64,000 nt of DNA from Octopus vulgaris (lineage: Eukaryota), in contig OX597829.1 of the NCBI GenBank assembly GCA_951406725.2, positions 32,736,001 to 32,800,000 on the forward strand. The letters are read 5' to 3'. A model generated the notes under the pieces. That model was given only the letters and a program-made list of their open reading frames with translations, did not search any database and had not been told where the DNA came from. The position numbers and the translations under genes were made by a program. This document shows positions 54,010 through 64,000 of the stretch, in pieces; position 1 is the stretch's first letter, and each line of letters opens with the position of its first letter.

Positions 54010-54930
54010 TTCTCACTGTGCCTGAGACTGCTTTCATGTCATTTCTACCATGGGCCTTCAGATAATCACCAAACCATCCAACCCTGGTTCGTTTTACATT
54101 TTTGTGACAAATGTAGCACATGTGGTCAACAATAAATACATTAGCTCCGCCCTAGTGAATTAGTCCAAAATATATTTGCATAGTGGCAGTAGATCTGTGT
54201 AACTTTGGACATAAATGACAGTTATATATATTCCATGTTGTTCTCCAGATATTTGATCTTACATCGATAACAAATCCAACTTTTGAAAGCATCACTCATA
54301 CTGCTCAAGAGAGATTATCTCTAGATTTTTTCCCGTGTTCAAGCATTACCTTTTCACTATTCGATGGTCAGTTTTAATCTTCTCAAACAGTAGGCTCTTG
54401 TTCCTTTATATATATTTCTTTACTACCCACAAGGGGCTAAACACAGACTGTTGTTCACTTCTGTTCGTGCAAGAAGTTCCCAACGAGCAGTGGTGATATT
54501 CAAGGTTGTTTGTTCTTCACATATCAAAATCTATTTGATTTATGCTATGGACGCTTACCAAAACTACTAGGTAATCTCTTTGGAAGCCTGAAGTCATCAA
54601 GACATGACATGACCAGTCCATGACCTCTGGTACATGATGACATTTATATTCACCGTCTCAAAGGCTTTCGCTAGATTAACGAAAATGTAAAGATCTCCCC
54701 CGTATGCTCTTCTCCAGCATATGTTTAATGCTAAAGAACATATCTCCGCTGCGACTACTCGATTTAAGTCCACACTGAATCTCTGGTACAAGAAAATACC
54801 ACGAACATTACCACATTTAAACTCGGCACCTTTTCCCTTCTCCAGGGAAATCAGTGTAGCATCTCTCCACACACACCCATGGAATTCCAGAACCATTCCA
54901 AGCATTGACAATAAATGTAGATACAAGATC
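54010..54930 (-). mobile_element. Highly decayed RTE-like RT remnant
   Basis: WRDATLISLEKGKGAEFKCGNVRGIFL and DLYIFVNLAKAFETVN correspond to KGD..DCGNYRGISL and FVDL.KAFDTV. Confidence 0.7.
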
Positions 54931-56915
54931 CGATTCTACATATCCACCATGGTCTACTTAATGACAATTTTGATTATATTTATGTTAGGATCTATCACTC
55001 TTTTCTTAGTTAATACGCTAGGATTTATCATACTTTTCTTCATTAAGTCTTCTCTATGTTCCTGTCTGTTGTCGATATATTACGAAAAACCATCTGTGAA
55101 AAACTCTATCCATATTTCCAGAAAGCCTTCAATATCGTTGATTAAAATCGATCCATCTATGGAATAAAGATGAGCAGTATTTGATGACCATATATTTTAT
55201 TTTAACAATCTATACATTGTTTTGGAGTCTTTTTTTTTTTTTTTTTTGTTAAACATGTTCGGATACGTTCAACCATTTCATGTTCTGTTTATCTTCAGCT
55301 TCCTCCGTAAAGTCAAATTATGGTATGGGTGATCAATGACTAACTATCTCAAGTCCTTTGTTGTTACCAGTAAAAAAAAAAAACTTCCTTATACGCAAGT
55401 ATCTAACCTGGTGTGCCTGCAAGAATCTTCAAAACACGTGACAATCGAGTACTTCAAAGTCGACAAGATTAACCTTCTCCAGAGCATGTGTAGAAAACAT
55501 TCTTCTCCATGGAGTTAAAGCTTTGAATATGAAGTAACATATATATATATATATATATATATAACATCCGAGTTGTTTTAGTTTTCAGGGTGAAAACATT
55601 AAAGTCAACAATACACCTCAAATATATTCAGTAAAATGCATAGATTCTGCTTTATACGATTTTTATCGATTTATCGATAGAATTACTAAGAATAATCGAC
55701 CAGTGATAGTATTCAGTCAGCCTGAAGATATACAAAACGCAGATGAAAGATGCGATAGGTTTATGCGAGGCACATTGGCAAGGAAGACATTTTGAGAAAT
55801 CTACGTAAACTTTGGGAATCTGATGAGGTAAAAGTATCCTATGTTATTCCATACTGGTTTGTCTAATGTGATAAATTGCAATTTGCAGCATAAAAGCATT
55901 TCAATTTGAGAATCTAAAATGATCTACATTTAAACTTGCAGCAAACCACCCAAATGATAATGCCTCCTTAACGAAAGCTGTGAAAGAAAAAATGAGAGAA
56001 AGAAAAAGAAATTATGGGTAGTTATGCAAGATAGTATTACATATGGAATAACGTAATTCAAAACATCTCACTTCACTAACTCTCAAGCATCTAAGTAATC
56101 TTAGTAAAGACTGACTTAACTGCCGCTTAACGGAAACTGTTAAAGATTTAAATGCAGAAGCTGTGAAGAATGTAGTGATCATGATTGTGATAGCGCTGTT
56201 TTATTATTTCTGCTGCTAATAACAATAATAAAAATATGCTATTTATATAGGGATATGTATTACATATGCAATGTAACACAGTCGAGTGGAACTCATTACT
56301 CGTCACTCTATCCTCAAAATTTGATGCTGAAACCAGTAGAACAGATTTCTGAAACACTCCTTACTTATAAAGGTGTCACGTGCCTTTTTCTGTATTTAAA
56401 TGTTTGACCGAGTTAAAAGTTTGGGTTTAAAGGTATCGGCACCAACAATGCCATATGAACTGTAGCTCTTTGGTAGGTACGGCGGTATCTTAACGGCTTG
56501 GATATTTATTATTCAAATATATCGCCGAGAGAAAATTACTCGAGGAAACGTTCAGCGTTGTAAATGAAAATAAAGTAGTGTGCCACATATGTAATATAGT
56601 GAGTTGGAAACTTCAATTAACTGTGATTATCCAGACAATTGCTAGACAAATGTTCCTTCTATGGATGCTTAAAATCTAAAAGAAGAAATCAAGCGAGATA
56701 ACTCTAATATGATCAGTTGGTCGAAAAGTTTGGGACAATTTAAACAACGCGGATTTGAGTGGCTCTGATCTTTAAAGTCAATTTATGCAAATAACAAGTG
56801 ACATTAAAGATCAACTTGTTATTTGCACAAGTTGGATTATAAGACTTGACACTCGGTAAAACTAAGAGTGACCTATATGCGTATGTGCGTATGTGCGTAT
56901 GTGCGCGAGTGAGTG

Positions 56916-56964
<49 letters not shown>

Positions 56965-58039
56965 TTATTCAAGATTTCTTGCCAATAAAGAAAGACCTGG
57001 TTTCTAACCTAGATCCAAGGTTCCTTCATTGGAATTTCAACATCAATAACAGAGTATTTTTGTTTGTTTGTATGTATGTATGTATTCTCATACATACAGT
57101 ATGTATGTATGTATGTATGTATGTATATATGTACGTACGCACATATATACATACACACGCGCACACACACACATACACACAAACATACACTTATTAATCA
57201 CTCTTACTTTGCCAGGTGTGTAGAATATCTTTAATTAAAAAGGTCTAATAAGACTAAAGCATGTCCATTGCTTTCACCGTGTGGCTTTAAAGACTAGGTC
57301 CATCCTAATCTCCATTATTTATATATTCCAAAATTATCGATCAACAAACTTTATTGGAAATATCTTCCTTATTTGTTGTTTTCATATTTTAACACACCCT
57401 AAAAGATTTTTGTTTTTTAGTTGCTTGGATGACCTCGGTTGATCGACGATTTTTAACACGCTATATCACATTTGCCTCTCATATTGGTAAGAAAGCCAAC
57501 TTTATTTTGGACGGATGGTGAATCTGCTTCAAAACTATGAATACACGTTTATAGTCTTAATGGCATTCAAAAACAGATTTGTAGGGGAATTTTATATTTT
57601 AATCTATCTCTGTAAGAACTGTAAGGTAACAAACATATTCTTGCCGCCGTTTCCTTCGCAAAAAGTAAACGAATTATCATTAGTTAGTTATTTCGGTGAG
57701 TACTCAGTAGTTCGAACCAGTGAATTTCCTGCCCATTGAATTCGCGATTGGCTGGGTATTCACGAAACAATCCATACGACGCGCTTCTAAAGTTTCAGTC
57801 TACCCAATTTCCCTCACAAGGCTTCACTGAAGCGATAGTAAAAGACATGTGACCATGATCCGACACTGTGGGATCAAATCTGGGAATTTGTGATTGGAAA
57901 GCGAACTTCGCATCCTTGTTTCCTCCAGAGGTAACTATTATGCAGAGTATTGTGAATAATCGTTTCCTTTATAAATATTATTGTGATTGGCGTACTCAAT
58001 AACCACTAACTATCGCTTGCCTTGCTTGTTCTTAACGCT

Positions 58040-58570
58040 GCTTTACTCTGGCACATTTTGTGTAACACAAGACACACAGCAGGTAATTTAATGGCTGTTA
58101 GAAAACGTTTGCTTTTAGAAACTATCCAGGTAAATAAATATGCTGAAACGAGTGAAGTAATTCGACTTGGAGTTGTTATGCAGAAGGTGAGAAGGGTACT
58201 TGAACATTTAATCCATTGCTTAGGCATCTAACAAGATCCACTCGTTGCTTCTAAACATATGATATCCTAAGATGCAAATCTCATACAGATAACTACCATT
58301 TCTAAGAAGTCATGTTGATGTTCTTGCTCAGGACTCCTGAACGAAATTACTCGAAATCAGAAACAGAATATTTCGTGCCGCCAGAACTTACTACTCTCTT
58401 GTCATTCGCAGACGCATATGGGCAATTTTTATTGATAGTAAACTATCGTCTCTAAAAAGTTTGATCTCCAGAGAAGATAACAGTTTAAAACATACGAACC
58501 AATGAGAAAACCTGTCATCAGACATCGGGAAACTTTTGGAAGTGAAAACTATTTTTAACCGCGACTACCA
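58040..58570 (+). mobile_element. Possible very old Gypsy-type integrase remnant
   Basis: Scattered manual translations in the expected order: HTAG (HHCC-like), PFLRSHVDVL, PEKIT, DIGKLLEVKT. Heavily degenerate. Confidence 0.3.
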
Positions 58571-59461
58571 AAAGTAAGACTAGCGGAACATCATCATTTG
58601 TTATTAACAAAACTACACACAAAACAACAGGGATTTAACTTTTTTTTTTAGTCAATATGATTGTTATTTTGCTGTTAATAGACAATTCCAGATAACTTTG
58701 AATGATATTTTAAAATTCATTTGCAACGAAAAATTTCGTCATACGATTATATTGAAACAAAATTTGGTATTAATACCGAATACCAATTTTGTTGTTTTAT
58801 AATTATCTGAGCTTCAATTCTAAGTATCAAATATCAATATGACTGGCCTTGGAAACGTTCGGGCGGTTGATTCATTTGAATTCTTTTCGTATTTTTGTTA
58901 AATTATAATACCAACAAATCCTTGTCAGTTATCGGCTACTTCCATTTCAAGACCAAGCTGATAAAATTTTGCTGATACAGACGGATTTATTTCTGATATT
59001 TCACTGTCAAAAAATGGTGCTGCGGGAATACTCAAGAGCTACTTTCTTCTTTTCGAAAATTTCTAAACCTTTTACTAAATTGATTTCGCATGCTTTCAAT
59101 GGCTTGTCGTAAATAACTTATATTGATATTTCTCCTTCATTAAAGAAAAAAATTTGGTGTTTTTTAGTGTCATTCTGAAACTCTGTCAATTTTCACTTAA
59201 AAATGAAAAGCTCCTAACTATTAAAGAGAAGTTTCTCTTTTCCCCTAGAAGATTTTTACTTGGCAAGTTTAAGTAACTTATAATATCCACAATGAAATGC
59301 AACGTTACCGGCCAATTAGAATCTTCTACTTCAAGATAGATATTATCATTACCATTAAGCGTTTGTAAGGATTGTTTTGTGAATGTTGTTGCAAGCTGTA
59401 AATCTTTTCAAAAAAATATGCTTCCAAGAGATTGAGAAGCACCCGTTATTTTTGACAAACC

Positions 59462-59544
<83 letters not shown>

Positions 59545-59550
59545 ATAATA

Positions 59551-60180
59551 TTTGTCGCCACTTAAACATGGCTGTTCCGTATGAACGGCATTACAGCAAT
59601 TTTTTTACCTCAAGAGGACATTTCTTTTAGCTAATTAACAATGCAACCTGTATCCGATATATTACGAGCAGGGGAGCGAACTCTACCACCTTCTTACAAC
59701 AGAACCAGCAGATCAGCCTGGTTTCGGGCTATTTCCGCCCTTCCTCAGTGCTGGACATCTTGTCTGCTAGAGATGACAGTAACTCGCTTCTGTTCGCAAC
59801 ATATATAAATTCGAGCGACATTCAGTTGCTGACCTTGCAACAAGCAAAGTGGCTAGTTCTAAAATATCTATAAGACCTGAACGCAGTAACTGTACAGGCA
59901 TGTATGGCTGTTCCGTATGAACGGACGTTACTGCGATTTTTTTAACGCCAAGTGTAGATTTCTTCAAGCGGGTTAAGAATGCGACCTGCATCTGATATAT
60001 TGTGAGTTGAGGAGCGAACCCCTGCAACCTTCTAGCGACTGGACCAATAGGCCACCTTGGTTTCAGGCTATTTCGGGTGTAGGTTACATCGTTAACTAGC
60101 TAGAGGAAATGTTCCCTTGCGGTTAAAATATCGAAGTAGAGTCTGTTCATACGGAACAGCCATGTTAAAGTGGCAACAAA
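59551..60180. mobile_element. Unclassified TIR element with internal direct duplication
   Basis: TIRs tttgtcgccacttaaacatggctgttccgtatgaac / gttcatacggaacagccatgttaaagtggcaacaaa; ~170-bp diverged direct repeat at 59568 and 59903. Confidence 0.7.
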
Positions 60181-60258
60181 CATTACTTGCTAGTACAGCT
60201 ACTGCGTTCATCTCTTATAGAGAATTTATAACTAACTTTATTTGTTACATATATAAAG

Positions 60259-60489
60259 AGGTAGGCCAAAAATCACCTGGCAGTAAATCAAAACTACTTA
60301 ATTCCAGGATTAAAACAAAGAATTATTTTATCTGGGACTTATATAATAAATAGACAAATGTTGAAAATAAAACGGTGATTTTAACTCACTTGAATTATTA
60401 AACATTCATAACTGGAATGAATAAATAAAACTGAATATTAAATATTTGTGGAATTTTGATTTACTGTTGAGTGACTTTTGGCCAGACTG
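60259..60489. mobile_element. Diverged mariner-like MITE
   Basis: ggccaaaaatcacc..cagtaaatcaaaa versus ttttgatttactg..gtgacttttggccagactg|TA. Confidence 0.55.
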
Positions 60490-60601
60490 TATATATACAT
60501 AAATGTGTGTGTGTATAAACATACATATATACACACATACATAGGTACATACCCAGACACATATAATACATACATACATATGCACTGACACGCATATATA
60601 C

Positions 60602-60666
<65 letters not shown>

Positions 60667-60667
<1 letters not shown>

Positions 60668-60894
60668 TTTATTTAAAGCAGCAGAAAATTCAACAAGATC
60701 TGTTACTCTGAGTTTCTCGTTGCCGTTCATCAGACAGTTTTTCTAGCAAAAACTGTCCGATGAACGGCAACGAGAAACTCAGAGTAACAGATTTTGTTGA
60801 ATTTTCTGCTGCTTTAAATAAAGCATATTACTCTACCACTGGTATTTGAGTACTCTTTTTTCCACCTTGTTTCACATTTATGTGTTTACTCCGG
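60667..60894. mobile_element. Inverted pseudo-LTR element with an HHR in each arm, inside (TA)n
   Basis: ~76-bp near-perfect arms 60667-60742 and 60748-60823; HHRs at 60700-60737 (-) and 60753-60790 (+). Confidence 0.8.
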
Positions 60895-61374
60895 TATATA
60901 TATATATTTATAATTTGCATGTATTTATGTACATAAGCATACACATATACGAGTGAATGGAGAAACGAAAGATGGGCACTCAATACATTTGCTGGGAGTT
61001 ACATGTATAGATCAGAATAGTTTGATTCAAGTTCTGTATTTCTTAAAATTTCCCTAGCTTGATGATAAGCCTCCTCAGTGCATTTGAAGCTTCAAGTAGT
61101 ACGAAATTTTAATCAAATCGTTCTGATCCATATATGTTTATGGTTATTTCCATTTAGTTTATTGTTAATAATTGTCGGAAATAAGCTTAAAATTTGAATG
61201 TTCAAATTCTTCATTCTCCTTATTTTCAATATTGTACTTTACATTTTAAGTAGTCAAGAAATAAACTGTAATATCGGATAGGAGTTAAGGAAGTTTACCT
61301 AAAACACGCACCATCTGAAGAAACTTTTCACTCAGAGAAATTCAGTATCTGCCTGGATATTATATCCCTCCTCT

Positions 61375-61427
<53 letters not shown>

Positions 61428-61430
<3 letters not shown>

Positions 61431-61600
61431 ATTTCAAATTTTTGCTACAAGGGCAGCTTGAGGGAGGGGTTTAAGTCGATCACATCGACCCTAGTGCATT
61501 TCATCGACTCCGAACGGATGAAAGGCAAAGTTGGCCTCGGCAGAATTTGAAATCAGAACGTAGCGACGGGCAAAATACTGGTAGACATTTTGCCCGGCGA
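61428..61600 (-). mobile_element. SINE family A-related diverged copy
   Basis: cgaacggatgaaaggcaaagttggcctcggcagaatttga...cagaacgtagcg. Confidence 0.75.
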
Positions 61601-62380
61601 AATGTGTGTGTGTATATATATATATGTATGTGTGTATGTATGTATGTATGTAAGTATGTATGTATGCATTCTTACATATATATATATATATTAGCCACAC
61701 AATGAGGATATTCAAACTTATTCTAGGGGTAATTATCCAAGACATATCAAATTTTGAAGAGATAATTCTCCAATGAATATATTATATAGAATATCGTAAG
61801 ATATCAAACATTTATATTGGGTTAGAAAATGAAAAGATCTAATGGATACAAATTTAATCAGTATATCATCCAACAATTGTTTCATTTCTCAAATAAGTTT
61901 AAAATTACTAAACATATATAAAAATATATTTTTTGTATTTTAAATACCTTATAAGGAAAATCATCAGGGTTTTCAGGGGACAATAGGATTGCATTAGAAT
62001 ACTTTCGGAATATACAGAATATATAAACATGTTTACTGCGCGTGTATGTATACGTGTGTGTATGTACGCATGCGTTAAAATCATTTTTTTAAAATTTCAA
62101 TTCGATAGTAACAATCATTAATCATGCGTTATATTATATATGGGTAAATTAATATAATGAATAAAAGAAAGTAAAGGAAAATAAATTTTCTGTTCATGGA
62201 ATAAAATAAAATAAAAGTGAAACAAAATGCATACCTATGTACATGCGTGTGTGCATATGCGCCTACGTACATGCATACAAGTACATGCGTATATGTATAT
62301 ATATATACATACACACACACATGCGCACGCAATAAATATGTATGTCAATATGTATATCAACAATTACCTGTACTGGTATA

Positions 62381-62580
62381 TACTCTTTTACTTGTTTCAG
62401 TCATTTGACTGCCGCCATGCAGGAGCACCGCCTTTAATCGAGCTTATTCGGGACTTATTCTTTTGTAAGCCCAGTACTTATTCTATCGGTCTCTTTTGCC
62501 GAACCGCTAAGTAACGGGGACATAAACACACCTGCATCGGTTGTCAAGCAACGCTAGGGGGACAAACACAGACACACACA

Positions 62581-62640
<60 letters not shown>

Positions 62641-62806
62641 TATATACGACGGGCTTCTTTCAGTTTCCGTCTACCAAATCCACTCACAAGGCTTTGGTCG
62701 ACCCGAGGCTATAAGTAGAAGACACCTGCCCAAGGTGCCACGCAATGGGACTGAACCCGGAACCATGTGGTTGGTAAACAAGCTACTTACCACACAGCCA
62801 CTCCTG
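62381..62806 (-). mobile_element. SINE family B near-full copy
   Basis: Aligns with 47925-48404. Confidence 0.92.
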
Positions 62807-63406
62807 TTGCTTTCCTATTTATTTCTTTAGGTATATAGATTTTTTTTACATATGAACAGAAATAAAGTAAATATAAGATAAAAATGAAATAAAATAAGAA
62901 TAAAATATAAAGAATATAAAAATAAAAATAAAAGATATAAATGAAAATAAAAGGAATATAAAACAGTAAGTATACATGGAATAAATGCATAGTAAATAAA
63001 GAAGAAATAAAATAAAACAAAGGAAAATGTACGAAAGTGAAATAAACTGAAATAAACCCATGTACACGTATGTATACGTGTGTGCTTATATATATATACA
63101 CACAATAATACACAAAGGCATCTAAATTTGCTTAATATATATATATATACAAACTGGGACAAGAACGCAAAACATTTGGAAGACGATACCAAAAACACGG
63201 ACGGGACATTCGAAGCTTTCAATCTTCAGTCAAGAATCGGATATATATATTTATAAGCGCACACGTATACATACGTGTACATCAAGATTAATCAGCCGAA
63301 ATTGCGAGGATGATCCGGTTCTTGACTGAAGATTGAAGGCTTCGAATGTCCTGTCCGTGTTTTTTTGAATCGTCTTCTAAATGTTTTGCGTTCTTGTCCC
63401 AGTTTG

Positions 63407-63469
<63 letters not shown>

Positions 63470-63473
63470 GGGG

Positions 63474-63834
63474 GAAGCACTCGTCGGTTACGACGATGAG
63501 GGTTCCGGTTGATCCGAATCAACGGAACAGCCTGCTCGTGAAATTAACGTGTAAGTGGCTGAGCACTCCACAGACACTTGCACCCTTAACGTAGTTCTCG
63601 GGGATATTCGGCGTGACAGAGGGTAACACAGGTACAACAGAAATAGGAAGTAAGAGTGAGAGAAAGTTGTGGTGAAAGAGTACAGCAGGGATCACCACCA
63701 TCCCCTGCCGGAGCCTCGTGGAGCTTTTAGGTGTTTTCGCTCAATAAACACAAGGTATCTATAAACACTCACAACGAAACCGCGATCCTATGACCACGAG
63801 TCAGCTGCCCTAACCACTGGGCCATTGCGCCTCC
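63474..63834 (-). mobile_element. SINE family C copy
   Basis: Reverse complement of 12549-12928, including the head ggaggcgcaatggcccagtggttagggcag. Confidence 0.9.
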
Positions 63835-63958
63835 ATACATATATATATTGGTTCTGGTGTTCGCTGAATTTTTCCTCTAGAGAACTTTCTTTGTAGTTTT
63901 GATCGTTGATGATCTATTTCTAGCATACGGCCGACTACCTAGCAGTCCTGCCCTGCCA

Positions 63959-64000
<42 letters not shown>

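Overview
Eukaryotic, AT-rich, repeat-saturated non-coding DNA (intergenic or deep intronic). The SINE families and the density of (TA)n, (TACA)n, (CA)n and (TAA)n arrays suggest an Octopus (coleoid cephalopod) genome; this is inference, not a database result. No intact host gene, rRNA, true tRNA or CRISPR array is supportable, and most ORF-track entries are translated microsatellites. The window holds decayed non-LTR retrotransposons (Dong/R4-like RT+REL, RTE/BovB-like, CRE-like) and Penelope-like element (PLE) remnants (RT, GIY-YIG). It also holds at least three tRNA-derived SINE families, a ~560-bp non-coding element found only in (TAA)n tracts, Tc1/mariner/pogo-type MITEs and a Helentron-like element. 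The most interesting signal is a set of about eight minimal type I hammerhead ribozyme (HHR) motifs from several short families, mostly beside (TA)n tracts. One adjoins a PLE RT remnant, two form a palindrome, one has a compensatory G3-C8 core, one delimits a 473-bp direct-repeat unit, and one lies inside a tRNA-headed SINE-like element. All coordinates and alignments were read by eye, so edges are approximate.
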